Shown: positions 38,395 to 49,176 of the stretch, in pieces
How positions within the stretch are numbered: position 1 is the first letter of the stretch
How the letters are laid out: each line of letters opens with the position of its first letter
DNA from: a candidate division WOR-3 bacterium
GTDB lineage: Bacteria; Hydrothermota; Tepidihabitantia; SM23-42; CAYGYG01
Length of the DNA stretch: 64,000 nt
NCBI GenBank assembly: GCA_965648915.1
Contig: CBFGIV010000003.1
Location: forward strand, 39,323 to 103,322
Direction of reading: 5' to 3'
The notes under the pieces: model-generated
What the model was told of the DNA's origin: nothing
What the model saw: only the letters and a program-made list of their open reading frames with translations
Databases searched by the model: none
Translations under genes and position numbers: made by a program

Positions 38395-39807
38395 TCAAAA
38401 GACGAGTTTTTCGACCTCTTTTAGTGCCTCTTCAAATATTGCCAGGCCCTGATCCGCCTCACTCTTTGTTAAAATTAGTGGTGGACTAATTCTTAAACAG
38501 TTAAACCCTGCACTATAAAGAATCAGCCCTTTCTTAAAACAGGTTCCGGTAAATATCTGAGGCAGCCCTTTACCATCTCTGGTTAGCGAGCGGGGAAACT
38601 TTTCCTTAGTTCTTTTATCCTTAACCAACTCGATACCGATCATAAGGCCAAGTCCCCGCACATCACCAATAATTCTCGATTTTTCAGCCAGCTCCATCAG
38701 CCTCTCTTTCATATATTTACCGACCCTTGCCGCATTATCGACCAGGCCATTCTTGATGAGTTCGATACTTTTGATTCCCGCGGCACAGGCAACTGGATTG
38801 CCACCAAAGGTGCTTCCATGCGAACCTTTTTTCCAGGCACGTTGATCCACCTTTTCGTCCATCATCTCAGCCCGGGCGATGACCGCACCCAGGGGTAGGC
38901 CTGAAGCAATTGCCTTGGCAATGCAGAGAATATCCGGTTCAACCCCCCAGTGTTCAATCGCAAACATCTTTCCGGTCCGGCCGAGGCCACACTGAATTTC
39001 ATCGAGCACATAACAGATTTCGTATTTTTTAGTGATTGCCCGGAGGAGTCTATGAAACTCGGGCGGTGGAACGATATAACCACCTTCACCCTGAATTGTC
39101 TCAACAAATATTCCGGCAACATCTTCCGGATCGACCAGTTGTTCAAAAATCACCTCAGTGAGAAAGGCGATGCAGGGTAGAAGCGGGATACCATCAATCG
39201 TCTCCTTACGCCGGCAATCCGGGTATTTAAGATTAAATGGACAGCGGTAACAATAAGCAAATGGGATATGAGTAACCTCAGGGATGAGGGGCGCAAAGTG
39301 TGCCTTCTGGACTTTTTTACTTCCGGAGAGTGTCATACCGGCAAAGGTCCGGCCATGAAATGCACCCAGAAAGGCAATCATCTTCGGTCGACGGGTAAAG
39401 TTACGGCTTATCTTAATCGCCGCCTCCAGCGTCTCAACCCCGGAATTGGCAAAATAGACCCGTTTGTCAAAATTCCCGGGTGTGAGGGGCAGTAATTTTT
39501 CAGCCAGTTCAAGCTGGGGTAGATAATAGAAATCGCTCCCCGAGATATGAAGAAGTTTCTCTGCCTGTTCTTTTATTACTTTAACAACATCAGGATGACA
39601 ATGGCCGGTACCGCAAACCGCAAACCCCGCACCAAAGTCGATATATTCCCGACCATCGACATCGTGGACAATAACACCTTTTGCATAATCAACAACCAGT
39701 GGGATCTCGGGTGTGCGCGTGTTGGCGCCAAACATAACTTTCTGGTCGCGTTCGATAATCTTCCGGGCATTAGGACCGGGTTGAGGCGATTGATAGTCAA
39801 TAGTCAT
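38395..39807 (-). CDS. Class III PLP aminotransferase (4-aminobutyrate / acetylornithine type)
   Basis: NSG.E, FHGRT, E.IQGEGG, DEIQ.GLGRTG, AKAIASG and STFGGNP; AAGGAG SD before ATG 39807. Confidence 0.9.
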   Translation of the reverse strand: MTIDYQSPQPGPNARKIIERDQKVMFGANTRTPEIPLVVDYAKGVIVHDVDGREYIDFGAGFAVCGTGHCHPDVVKVIKEQAEKLLHISGSDFYYLPQLELAEKLLPLTPGNFDKRVYFANSGVETLEAAIKISRNFTRRPKMIAFLGAFHGRTFAGMTLSGSKKVQKAHFAPLIPEVTHIPFAYCYRCPFNLKYPDCRRKETIDGIPLLPCIAFLTEVIFEQLVDPEDVAGIFVETIQGEGGYIVPPPEFHRLLRAITKKYEICYVLDEIQCGLGRTGKMFAIEHWGVEPDILCIAKAIASGLPLGAVIARAEMMDEKVDQRAWKKGSHGSTFGGNPVACAAGIKSIELIKNGLVDNAARVGKYMKERLMELAEKSRIIGDVRGLGLMIGIELVKDKRTKEKFPRSLTRDGKGLPQIFTGTCFKKGLILYSAGFNCLRISPPLILTKSEADQGLAIFEEALKEVEKLVF

Positions 39808-39951
39808 ATTCTGTCTCCTTTCAAGATCGATTATAATCATAATTAATCTGCGGTCAAGGACGATCTATTTTATTCGAGAGTGCTTTATAAAACTTCGCAC
39901 TGCCTACAAACTCTTGACAATGGTCAGTTAATGGCTATATTTTGATCATAT

Positions 39952-40674
39952 ATGTTTACTTTCTGTATCGCACTATCTCTCTTTATGAATTATATCAAGC
40001 TCCATGGTGATACGGTGATGTTTTATAACCATGACTCAACCCTGATTAAAAAGATTGTCTTAAAGTGTAGCCAGGAGAATAAGTTTGTAAACGGCAGATC
40101 GGTCTCGATCACCACGATTGAGAAGGCCTATCTTTCGGAAAACGGAAAATATCTTATCCTGTTTCATCTCAAGACCAACGATTCAGTAATTGAAAGCTGG
40201 GTAAGGTTTATTGACCATGAAGGAAAAATTATTATCCAGCGTTCAACATCGGGGAGATATCAGTATGATCCTTACACTTCCTTAGCTCATAATCTCGGTT
40301 TTGCCATCGTTGTTTTGACCGATTTTTATCGCCATAACCCGGTTCTTTTCCTTATAAATAATAAGGGGCAGATAAAAAAGCTATCCCGCTCAAAATGGCA
40401 TGGAATTGCCGGTGTCTCGGCATCAGATAATGGGAAATTTCTGGCATTCAATGTCCGTCGTAAAGAACGGAAATATGTCTGGGATTGTCTCCTATTTATC
40501 GATTTAGAAAAAAGTCAAGAATGGACCTACACCTTTTCCGATTGTCTCTCCTGTGGTCGATCCAGTGGATTAAAATTTAATCTGAATAACGAAGGGACAA
40601 CAAGCGTGGTATTTAAGAATGAAACCTATCTCTTCGCCCGGGATGGCCGAATTCTAAGGATCAATTCTTTATGA
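39952..40674 (+). CDS. Exported hypothetical protein (partial beta-propeller-like)
   Basis: 240-aa ORF with S.NGKY/F repeats and its own TTGACA promoter. Confidence 0.55.
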   Translation: MFTFCIALSLFMNYIKLHGDTVMFYNHDSTLIKKIVLKCSQENKFVNGRSVSITTIEKAYLSENGKYLILFHLKTNDSVIESWVRFIDHEGKIIIQRSTSGRYQYDPYTSLAHNLGFAIVVLTDFYRHNPVLFLINNKGQIKKLSRSKWHGIAGVSASDNGKFLAFNVRRKERKYVWDCLLFIDLEKSQEWTYTFSDCLSCGRSSGLKFNLNNEGTTSVVFKNETYLFARDGRILRINSL

Positions 40675-40683
40675 ACTTTTATC

Positions 40684-40848
40684 TTAATACTCGAGCCGTT
40701 CGAATTCTTCTTTACTCGCCCCGCATTCCGGGCAACCCCAGGCATCGGGTAATTCCTCCCAGAATGTCCCGGGTTCGATACCATTCTCCGGATCACCTTT
40801 TTCTATATCATATATATATCCACATACAATACACTGCCATTTTTCCAT
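40684..40848 (-). CDS. Rubredoxin (not in the ORF track)
   Basis: Manual translation [54 protein letters not shown], with two CxxCG knuckles. Confidence 0.95.
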   Translation of the reverse strand: MEKWQCIVCGYIYDIEKGDPENGIEPGTFWEELPDAWGCPECGASKEEFERLEY

Positions 40849-40855
40849 ATAGTTT

Positions 40856-41425
40856 TCAACCGATTACAATATCTTTTGTTGATCTAATATTTTTGCGGTC
40901 CGTGGTGGCGTAATAGTAATTACCCAGATAAAGAGCCGGCTGGATTCGATCGAGATGGATTATACCATCAGTTGTAAAATTTTCGTCTTCGGTATGGACC
41001 GCAACGATCTCACCAATAAATATGGTGTGATCACCATAGGTCTTGAAATCAAAAAGTGTGCATTCATACGCCGCAAAGGCCAGACTGATAATCGGGCTGC
41101 TGATCTTCAGTGATTTTTCGGTCTTGATATCAAAATACTCGAGTTTATCAAACTCTGCCCCTGATGTGTGACCCAACTTGTGGATAATCTCGATGCTGGC
41201 AAAGGTTAAAAAATTGAGAGAAAAATTCCTAACCTCAGTTATGATCTTATGCGTATACCGTTTGGGTGAAATTGAAACTGCATACAGAGGTGGTTTAAAG
41301 GAAACCGGCATATGCCAGGCCGCGGGCATGGCATTTATCTTTTCCTTACCTTTGGCCAGGACAACCGCAATTGAGGCAGGGTATGAAGGAGCAAAATTTT
41401 CAATCTTTTCTCTGATCGTCTTCAT
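40856..41425 (-). CDS. Flavin reductase / flavoredoxin family protein
   Basis: NAMPAAW...S..PP, G.TSG...DK, ECTL and [11 protein letters not shown]. Confidence 0.88.
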   Translation of the reverse strand: MKTIREKIENFAPSYPASIAVVLAKGKEKINAMPAAWHMPVSFKPPLYAVSISPKRYTHKIITEVRNFSLNFLTFASIEIIHKLGHTSGAEFDKLEYFDIKTEKSLKISSPIISLAFAAYECTLFDFKTYGDHTIFIGEIVAVHTEDENFTTDGIIHLDRIQPALYLGNYYYATTDRKNIRSTKDIVIG

Positions 41426-41453
41426 CGTCTGTTATCTACAATCCTGCCTCTTT

Positions 41454-42056
41454 TTAATATCTCGTTACAAATATCGCATCATCGGGATCTAACAGGTCTT
41501 TGATCCGGTCGATCCGGACCCTGTCATTCGGTTTGGCATAAAGACATTTTCCCTTACCGGCGTAGATCCCCACCAACCAGGGCCAGAATTCAATCTTATT
41601 AATAACCGCAAAGGATTCCTGGTCTGAGCCAATCTGAAAAGGGACGAGGAGGTAGACAATATCACCCCTTTTCAGCCTTTTATAATCAATATCTTTTTTC
41701 AAAACTGGTGCCAGCCCATCGACCGGTCGACCGAGTTTTTCACTCTCGACCAGGACCCTGGGCCAGGTTGGCAGGTTTTTCCAGTCTTTCTGGGTCACAT
41801 CACGATAGGCAAGAAAGATTAACCCCATACAATCAACGCCGTCTTCTGATCTCCCATTATCCCTGTACCTTACACCATAATACTTCGATGCCGCTTTCAA
41901 AAGTCTTTCACCGAAAGGCTGATCTTTTGATTTATCTGCCGGGGAAGAATCAATTTTCGTGCTCTGCGCCTGGATCGAAAATACCAGGAAAAAAACCAAT
42001 AAAAAAGAGAGTCTAAAAGATATCTTCATAATATCAACCGACTGAAATACCCTCAC
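41454..42056 (-). CDS. NlpC/P60 family protein, apparently lacking the catalytic His
   Basis: A.KY.G..Y, GVDCMG, GDIVY and WLVGIYAG.G; signal peptide. Confidence 0.75.
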   Translation of the reverse strand: MRVFQSVDIMKISFRLSFLLVFFLVFSIQAQSTKIDSSPADKSKDQPFGERLLKAASKYYGVRYRDNGRSEDGVDCMGLIFLAYRDVTQKDWKNLPTWPRVLVESEKLGRPVDGLAPVLKKDIDYKRLKRGDIVYLLVPFQIGSDQESFAVINKIEFWPWLVGIYAGKGKCLYAKPNDRVRIDRIKDLLDPDDAIFVTRY

Positions 42057-43975
42057 TTTTTATGTTCGGCCCACCAGTTATGAGTTCCAAAATCTTCAAT
42101 GTTTTGAGTCCCTTCAATCCGTTCCCAATCAGCCGAGATCTTCCCTTTCATCGAAATCTTCTTCTTCGTGTTTGTCCAGTAAAAGACATTTAAGTATCGA
42201 CAATTGATACTCCCTTCAGCAACAAATTCATCTTTGACTACCGTTCCTTTGATCTCGCCGGTATAAATGAGGCCATCTGATGGGCGATGATAGTATTTTA
42301 TCTTAAGGCGGCTCCCCTCCTGCCTGATGGTCATATTGAATGAAGCCTCGTAGCCTGAAGCATCCTGGCCAATTTCGCCCTGCCAGGTACCACCTAGGTC
42401 TTCTAAGTGGATCTTCCCTAAGTCAAGGATACTATTTTTGGTAATATTGACGAACCGGGTATAGGTTAAATATCCATCTTTTCTGATTTCAAGCCGGTAG
42501 TTTGATACGGGAATATTATCGGCGACAAAAGGGGTATGTCCGATAAACTTCTGATCAAGATAGACATCAGCACTCTCGGGTTCAGAGACTACTTTGAGTC
42601 CACCGTATGCCGGCACCAGGTTTACACGGACAAATCCATTTTTAGCAAAACCGACATAGACATCTTCCTGCCATCTTTCATAACCATCTTTTTCAATTTC
42701 AATCGTGTGACGACCGATTAAAACCGAAGGGGTCGAAATAAAACCGGATTTACCCTGATGGGGAGTTATATGCTTACCATCAAGAAGAACCTTAAGGTTT
42801 CCTCCCGGTGTAACCTGAATGAGAATCTTATTGTGGGATAGGATCCATAAAAAAGCGACGACAACAATCAAACTCGCTATACCAGCCGCAATGGTCAATG
42901 CTTTTTTTAGACTCTTTCGACTTGAGAGATAAATCTCTTTCCTGGTCTTTTCAAGCAGTTGCTGATATTCAACCGAGTCGATATCGTAACTGACCGCAGT
43001 CTCAAGATAGTTTATGCCTTTTTTTATCTTGTTCTCTTGTAGTGCATATTCTCCAAGTTTAAAGAAAAGAGCAGCGAGTCTCTTCTGGTCGCTCCGGTCC
43101 ATCTGTTGACTAGTAGCCCGGTCAATCTGATTAACAAAGTCTTCAGCAATCGGTCGATTACCCTGGGCAAAATAAGTAAGTGCCAGATATGTCTTGATAA
43201 GCGTCTCCATTGCCGGGCCGATGTTTTCAAACTTAAAGGCATTGGTAAAATATTCAACTGCCCGATCATACTGGCGATTATCGTAATAATATTTTCCGAT
43301 CTGAAAATCGATAAGGATATCCCGGATATGGAGATTGACCAATTTTTCATAGTAGTTTATGACTTTTACTATATTATTATTCTCCAGGTGGTAATAGACA
43401 AGGTCTTTTATATTCTGGACATTGTCCGGAGTAAGCCTTTCCAGAGCCTCGAGTTCGGTCAAGACCTTCGCTTTATCCCCTTTCTGAAGGTAAAGATTTT
43501 TCAAAAGGATATGAAACTCAACATTGTTGGGTAAGATCTGAAGTATCTTTTCTCCCAGAACGATCGCCTCATCGGTTTTATTCTGAAGATAGTAAACGCG
43601 AAACAGTCCGATCAGCATTTCCGTCGATTTCGGGTTGAGGTGGAGTGCAGAACGAAAACTAATTTCGGCCTCGTTTAACTCCTTCAACTCAAGATAGAGA
43701 TTAGCCCTCTTTGCATAGGCTTCAAAATTAGTGCTGTCGCGCTCAACTACCGCCTTATAGGTATTTAACGCCTCTTTAATAAAACCGTATTTGTGATAGA
43801 GATCACCAAGGTCAAGCAAGTTTTTCACGTTGGTGGGTTCTTTTTCGACCATCTTACGCAGGAGATTGATATGGGCAATGACTTCCGGTTCAAGATGGAC
43901 TAATATTGTGCCACAGGCATTGCAGATCTTATCCTGGGCATCGACCGGTGCACTGCATTCAGGGCATTTATCCAT
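42053..43975 (-). CDS. Zinc-ribbon + TPR + TM + PEGA domain membrane protein
   Basis: CPEC...CNAC, TPR helices, one TM and two PEGA repeats (SEPESADVYLD...GHTP...KDGY). Confidence 0.8.
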   Translation of the reverse strand: MDKCPECSAPVDAQDKICNACGTILVHLEPEVIAHINLLRKMVEKEPTNVKNLLDLGDLYHKYGFIKEALNTYKAVVERDSTNFEAYAKRANLYLELKELNEAEISFRSALHLNPKSTEMLIGLFRVYYLQNKTDEAIVLGEKILQILPNNVEFHILLKNLYLQKGDKAKVLTELEALERLTPDNVQNIKDLVYYHLENNNIVKVINYYEKLVNLHIRDILIDFQIGKYYYDNRQYDRAVEYFTNAFKFENIGPAMETLIKTYLALTYFAQGNRPIAEDFVNQIDRATSQQMDRSDQKRLAALFFKLGEYALQENKIKKGINYLETAVSYDIDSVEYQQLLEKTRKEIYLSSRKSLKKALTIAAGIASLIVVVAFLWILSHNKILIQVTPGGNLKVLLDGKHITPHQGKSGFISTPSVLIGRHTIEIEKDGYERWQEDVYVGFAKNGFVRVNLVPAYGGLKVVSEPESADVYLDQKFIGHTPFVADNIPVSNYRLEIRKDGYLTYTRFVNITKNSILDLGKIHLEDLGGTWQGEIGQDASGYEASFNMTIRQEGSRLKIKYYHRPSDGLIYTGEIKGTVVKDEFVAEGSINCRYLNVFYWTNTKKKISMKGKISADWERIEGTQNIEDFGTHNWWAEHKK

Positions 43976-44099
43976 AAGTGATTATTATCTTAATTAAAAA
44001 AACACTAATGTCAAGAAATGATTGTGATAAAAATAGACCCCTGTGACCTATCCCTATCTCTTCCTTGACTTTTCAATTTATTTTGTTATTATAAAACTT

Positions 44100-45575
44100 A
44101 TGGCCGCTCTCTTCTCATTACTCATCTTCTTCAATATAAAGGTCTTTCATACTGACTCATCCCTCCTTTTTTTTAAGCCGGGACTTGATGAATATGAAGA
44201 AGCAGTATTCGGTGAGAAAATAACAGGACTTGCCCAGGGCAAGGATCTCTACCTCCTGACCGAGCATTACCTCTACAAGATCGATCCGGAAAAGAGATTG
44301 ATCAAACAGAAGAATTATCTACCATTTCGCTTAAACAGTATAACACTTCAGACTGACCGAAATGGAGATGATTCGCTCCTCATTATTCTTTCTATCGATG
44401 AGATAATTTTAATCGACCCCGTTTATCTCTCTTATGCAGGCGGTATCGGTATCCCCCCGGGTGATCGGGAGATAATATCGACTCTTATTCCGGGGTTGAT
44501 TTATCTAATTGTGAAAGGGCTAAAAAGTTCGCTGATTGAAATTTATGATTTAAAAAATGGCCAACGCCGGCAGGGGATAAGAGTCGATCTGATCCGACAA
44601 ACCCTCTTTAATCCTGCAACCGGACATCTCTACCTTTTTGCAATCAATGGTGACATAAGAAGATTAACACTTAATTTGAGAGATAACAAGAAACTGCTTA
44701 ACCTCCAGCCACCAATATTAAATGCTTTTATCCTCGATTCAGATCTGGTGGTTGTCACCACGGCCGGGATATATCTGATTGAAATAAAATCAGGACGGGT
44801 GCTTGATCATCGACCGATGAAAATCGATGGAGCAGAGTTGATCGACTCGGTCTATCTCCTGACTTATGCCCATAACCAAGATGGTAATCTCTCCTCTTCG
44901 CTATCGCTATTGAATCTTGTTACAATGACACCGATTAAATATATCTCATTAACTGAATCAATTGAAAAATCTCTTCCCCTCGATTCCAACACACTTCTCA
45001 TAAAGACAGCGGAAAGTTACTCCCTCATCAATCTTATTAATGGAGAAATACAAAAACTGAAATGTAATCCAATCATCTTGAGTCCTGGGTTTGAAACCAC
45101 CCGGATCGCCCAGGATTCCTGTTATTATATCCAGGTGGGGGCCTTCTCTCAAATCAGCAAAGCCCGGGCCGTTATTGAATCATTGCTTAAATACAGAATA
45201 CCGGCATTCTGTGATTCGAGTTCAAGATTCTTTCGCATTCGAGTTGGGGGATTTATCAACCGGGAAGAGGCCGAGCTATTTAACACCGTGTTCGGTGCCA
45301 AAAACTGGCTTGTCTTTACGGCAAAAGACCAATCCCGAGTTCTACCGGCCAGCAGTCTCTGTGCCTTTAATGGCCAAAATACCCTTTTCGTATTCAGGTA
45401 TGATTCAGGCACTTTAAGATTAATCCATAAAATTGAAAATTTCATAAAAGACTATCAAGGGAACCCGGTCATCAAAGATTCGACCATTGAGATCAGAAGG
45501 AATGATGGCCGGAAAAGTATCTTCTATTTCAAAACAGGAGGAATTTATGAAGAGATCAGAGATATTCAAGACTGA
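44100..45575 (+). CDS. Exported beta-propeller-like protein with SPOR domain
   Basis: YYIQVGAFS...A...L and FRIRVG.F..REEA; ATG 44100 lies 7 nt after TTGACT-N16-TATTAT. Confidence 0.75.
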   Translation: MAALFSLLIFFNIKVFHTDSSLLFFKPGLDEYEEAVFGEKITGLAQGKDLYLLTEHYLYKIDPEKRLIKQKNYLPFRLNSITLQTDRNGDDSLLIILSIDEIILIDPVYLSYAGGIGIPPGDREIISTLIPGLIYLIVKGLKSSLIEIYDLKNGQRRQGIRVDLIRQTLFNPATGHLYLFAINGDIRRLTLNLRDNKKLLNLQPPILNAFILDSDLVVVTTAGIYLIEIKSGRVLDHRPMKIDGAELIDSVYLLTYAHNQDGNLSSSLSLLNLVTMTPIKYISLTESIEKSLPLDSNTLLIKTAESYSLINLINGEIQKLKCNPIILSPGFETTRIAQDSCYYIQVGAFSQISKARAVIESLLKYRIPAFCDSSSRFFRIRVGGFINREEAELFNTVFGAKNWLVFTAKDQSRVLPASSLCAFNGQNTLFVFRYDSGTLRLIHKIENFIKDYQGNPVIKDSTIEIRRNDGRKSIFYFKTGGIYEEIRDIQD

Positions 45576-45936
45576 TAAGGCACCGGCGGCGATTGGGCCT
45601 TATTCTCAGGCGGTTGGTTTTGGCCAATTCATCTTTACTGCCGGGCAGATCGGCCTTGATCCGAAAACTGGCACACTGGTCCAGGGTGGCATCGAAAATC
45701 AGACTCGACAGGTTCTTGAAAATATTAAGGCTGTTATTGAAGGAGCGGGCAGTTCCCTCGAAAAAGTCCTCAAGACGACAATCTACTTAAAAAACCTCGA
45801 TGATTTTGCAAAGGTAAATGAAATATATGCGCGCTATTTCTCGAAAGAACCTCCGGCCCGGAGCACCGTCGAGGTTGCCAATCTTCCAAAGGGTGCCTTG
45901 ATTGAGATTGAAGCAATTGCCTACAAGGAGGAATAG
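45547..45936 (+). CDS. ridA: RidA/YjgF enamine deaminase
   Basis: [16 protein letters not shown] and [18 protein letters not shown]; GGAGG SD. Confidence 0.93.
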   Translation: MKRSEIFKTDKAPAAIGPYSQAVGFGQFIFTAGQIGLDPKTGTLVQGGIENQTRQVLENIKAVIEGAGSSLEKVLKTTIYLKNLDDFAKVNEIYARYFSKEPPARSTVEVANLPKGALIEIEAIAYKEE

Positions 45937-45938
45937 AG

Positions 45939-46379
45939 ATGTGTATCAGAAAGAGTTTATTATTATTTCTTCTCTTAATTACTGGTTGTTCATTCCTGAA
46001 AGAGCGAATTGCTATAAAAGAGTGTACCTTCAAACTAAAACAGGTCCGACCATATGACTTTACTCTAACCGATTTGAAACTCGACCTGACCGTAAATATC
46101 CAGAATCCAAACAAAATCGATGCCGTCCTTGACCGTCTCGACTATTCGTTATCAATTGCGGGGGAAAATGTATTTACCGGCGTTATGGGGCAAAGACAGC
46201 GGATCCCGGCGGGTAAATCAAAGGATATTCTGACAACCGTGGTCTTGAATTATCAGTCGGTCTCTATGGCCATTATTAAAGCAATAAAAGAGGGCAATCC
46301 GACCTATTCAATTAACGGTCGCGCCTACATCGATACACCAGGGGGAAGTATAAATTATCCGGTAAATATAAGTCTATAA
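45939..46379 (+). CDS. LEA type 2 (WHy domain) lipoprotein
   Basis: LITGC lipobox and NPN...LDY. Confidence 0.78.
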   Translation: MCIRKSLLLFLLLITGCSFLKERIAIKECTFKLKQVRPYDFTLTDLKLDLTVNIQNPNKIDAVLDRLDYSLSIAGENVFTGVMGQRQRIPAGKSKDILTTVVLNYQSVSMAIIKAIKEGNPTYSINGRAYIDTPGGSINYPVNISL

Positions 46380-46417
46380 ATAAGATTCGGCGCAGTGATT
46401 TAAGATTGGAGTAAAAA

Positions 46418-47491
46418 ATGTCATATAATATCTTGGTTATCAACCCGGGTGCGGGTTCGACGAGGGTCGCATTATTTGAGGATGAGCGATCGCTTTTTGA
46501 AGAGAATATCCGGCACACACCAGAAGAGCTGGCAAAATTTAAATCGGTGATCGATCAGTATAAATTTCGAAAAGAGATTGTAATCAAGGTATTAAAGGAA
46601 AAAGGTATTGACCTGAAGACCGTTAGCGCAGTGGTTGGCCGTGGCGGACCCTTCAAGCCGTTGAAGAGCGGAGCCTATTTAGTCAACGATAAACTAATCG
46701 AAGATATAAAAAATGGGAATTATCAGAGTGAGCATCCTTCACTCTTGGGGGTATTAATTGCCCGAGAGATTGCGAATTCGATCGGTTGTTCCGCCTATTT
46801 TGTCGATCCAGTTTCAGTCGATGAGTTCTGGCCCCTGGCAAGATATTCCGGACTGAAAGAGATAAAACGTAAAGCCCTGAGCCATGCCCTTAATGTCCGG
46901 ATGGTAGCCAAAAAGGCTGCCAAGGAATTGAAGAAACCGTATGATGATTGCAATTTTGTCATCATTCATCTCGGCACCGGTATCACCGTCGCCACTCACT
47001 TAAAGGGTCAGCAGGTCGATTCGACCAATGCCAATGAAGACGGCCCATTCTCGCCTCAGCGGACCGGTGCCCTGCCCACCATACCACTGGTTGAGATGTG
47101 CTTCAGCGGAAAATATAAAGAGGAAGATGTTAAGAAAAAGATCTGGCGACAGGGCGGGCTCCTCTCCTATCTCGGCACCGATGATATAAAAGAGGTGGAA
47201 AAGAGGATCGATCAGGGCGACCAGGAGGCGAAAGAGGTTTATGAAGCGATGGCTTATCAGATTGCCAAAGAGGCCGGTGCCTATGCAGTAGTCTTAAAAG
47301 GCAGGATCGACGCAATAATTATTACGGGTGGAATAGCATATTCAAAAATCTTCGTCGATCTCCTGAAGTCCTGGATCGAATTCTTATGTCCGAGGATATT
47401 GGTCTATCCGGGTGAAGGCGAAATGGAAGGCCTTGCTCTCGGCGTGCTCAGAGTATTTACTGGTGAAGAGCCGGTTAAAGAATACCGATAA
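46418..47491 (+). CDS. buk: Butyrate / branched-chain carboxylic acid kinase
   Basis: ILVINPG, GRGG, VDPVSVDE, HALN, HLG.GI, GPFSP.R.G, TGGIA and YPGE.EM. Confidence 0.92.
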   Translation: MSYNILVINPGAGSTRVALFEDERSLFEENIRHTPEELAKFKSVIDQYKFRKEIVIKVLKEKGIDLKTVSAVVGRGGPFKPLKSGAYLVNDKLIEDIKNGNYQSEHPSLLGVLIAREIANSIGCSAYFVDPVSVDEFWPLARYSGLKEIKRKALSHALNVRMVAKKAAKELKKPYDDCNFVIIHLGTGITVATHLKGQQVDSTNANEDGPFSPQRTGALPTIPLVEMCFSGKYKEEDVKKKIWRQGGLLSYLGTDDIKEVEKRIDQGDQEAKEVYEAMAYQIAKEAGAYAVVLKGRIDAIIITGGIAYSKIFVDLLKSWIEFLCPRILVYPGEGEMEGLALGVLRVFTGEEPVKEYR

Positions 47492-47597
47492 AGCAATCAG
47501 CTGAAAAACGGTTCTTAGCAGTCTCATCTTCTTCTCGGATCACTTTCACTTCATTCTTGACTTTGACTTAAAAGATGTATATTATATAAAACTTAAT

Positions 47598-48338
47598 ATG
47601 GTTAAAGGACTCGTAATCATCCCTACTTATAATGAAGCAGAAAATATCGCCACTGTTATCAAGTCGGTCCTTAAAATAATGAAAAATGTAGACATCCTGA
47701 TCATTGACGACAATTCTCAGGATGAGACCAGAAAGATTGTCAGGAATATCAGAAGGAGGGAAAAAAGGGTCACAATGATTGAACGGCAAAAAAAATTGGG
47801 ACTCGGTACTGCCTATGTTATGGGTTTTAAATATGCCCTGTCCCATAATTATGATTTCGTCTTCGAAATGGATGCTGACCTCTCCCACGATCCCAATGAC
47901 CTACCGCGCTTTGTCAAAGAGTTAAATTTTTACGACCTCATCATCGGTTCCCGGTATATTAAAGGTGTCAGTGTGGTCAACTGGCCGATGAAGAGACTCT
48001 TATTATCTTATTTTGCAAATCTTTATGCCCGAATTGTGACCGATGTTCCAATCAAAGACTTGACCAGCGGTTTTAAATGCTATTCAAGACGGGCTCTGGA
48101 AGCTGTCAACTGGGATGATGTTAAGACCAATGGATATGGCTTTCAGATCGAGGCTAATTTTAGAATTTATAAGGCTGGTTTCAAAATAAAGGAAATCCCG
48201 ATCATCTTTGTCGAACGCAGGGCAGGGGTATCGAAGATGTCAAAAGGGATAATCTGGCAGGCGTTCTGGCTTGTCTGGAAACTGAGATTGCTTGCTCTTT
48301 TCAAAAATGAATTTAGACATCATCATCGTCAATTATAA
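47598..48338 (+). CDS. Polyprenol monophosphomannose synthase (Ppm1/Dpm1-like GT2)
   Basis: IIPTYNE, DDNS, GLGTAY..GF, MDADLSHDP, GSRY, D.TSGFK and ERRAG.SKM. Confidence 0.88.
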   Translation: MVKGLVIIPTYNEAENIATVIKSVLKIMKNVDILIIDDNSQDETRKIVRNIRRREKRVTMIERQKKLGLGTAYVMGFKYALSHNYDFVFEMDADLSHDPNDLPRFVKELNFYDLIIGSRYIKGVSVVNWPMKRLLLSYFANLYARIVTDVPIKDLTSGFKCYSRRALEAVNWDDVKTNGYGFQIEANFRIYKAGFKIKEIPIIFVERRAGVSKMSKGIIWQAFWLVWKLRLLALFKNEFRHHHRQL

Positions 48339-49176
48339 TTCAGGCCCATACTTAAAAAAATGCCTCGACTCGATAAGCCCGGCCTTCAACGGCGATCTTG
48401 GGAGGGTACTTATCATTGATAATGCTTCTTCTGATGGGAGTATTATTAATCTCCAAAGTGTCTATCCTCATATCCAGATTATCCGGAACCAGCAAAATCT
48501 CGGTTTTGCCCGGGCGGTAAATCAGGGGATAAGAATCACCACTTCGCCTTATCTCCTCCTCATTAACCCGGATGCCGAATTACAATCAGCGAGTATTGAC
48601 AAAATGCTACAATTTATGGAGACGAAGCCCGATTGCGGTGTGCTTGGAGGCCTGGTTCTTTATCCAGACGGTCGACGCCAGGAGACCGTCCGTTCCTTCC
48701 CTACTTTCTGGACAGTTCTTTTAGGACGCAGATCTTCCCTAACTTATAAAATTTTCCCCCATAATCCATTTTCCAAGAGATATCTTCTCACGACCCATGA
48801 CTTCACAAAGACGCAGGAGGTCGACTTTGTTGCCGGGACATTTATGATGTTGAGAAGAAAAGCGCTTGAAGAGATCGGGCTTTTTGACGAAGACTATTTC
48901 TGCTATGTTGAGGATGTTGATATCTGCTGGCGGATGAAAGAAAAAAACTGGAAGGTCTATTTCTATCCTGAAGCAAGGTGCGTTCATCTTTACGGCGAAA
49001 ATATAAGGAAGGATAATATCCATCCCGAGATTTATCACGCCCGGGGAATGTATCATTTTTTCAATAAGTATTATCAACCCAATTTTTTATACAAGTCTTT
49101 TTTGACCACCTGCCTCTATTTAAAGATCTGCCAGATAATCGCCTGGGGATTTCTTAAATTGTCGTTTGCACGATGA
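48307..49176 (+). CDS. GT2 glycosyltransferase (rhamnosyltransferase-like)
   Basis: IIVNYN, DNASSDGS, NLGFA, INPD and FDEDYF.Y.EDVD. Confidence 0.88.
   Translation: MNLDIIIVNYNSGPYLKKCLDSISPAFNGDLGRVLIIDNASSDGSIINLQSVYPHIQIIRNQQNLGFARAVNQGIRITTSPYLLLINPDAELQSASIDKMLQFMETKPDCGVLGGLVLYPDGRRQETVRSFPTFWTVLLGRRSSLTYKIFPHNPFSKRYLLTTHDFTKTQEVDFVAGTFMMLRRKALEEIGLFDEDYFCYVEDVDICWRMKEKNWKVYFYPEARCVHLYGENIRKDNIHPEIYHARGMYHFFNKYYQPNFLYKSFLTTCLYLKICQIIAWGFLKLSFAR

Noticed and set aside
38365-38398. Promoter for the ECF sigma gene (TTGACG...TATAAT)
   Set aside because: The spacer is 22 nt and the -10 box is only 2 nt from the ATG, so the geometry is inconsistent.
40768-40785. GGGTTCGATACC, resembling a tRNA T-arm
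   Set aside because: There is no cloverleaf, and it is the antisense of rubredoxin codons (GIEPG).
40671-40913. 80-aa plus-strand ORF in the track
   Set aside because: It is the antisense shadow of the rubredoxin gene.
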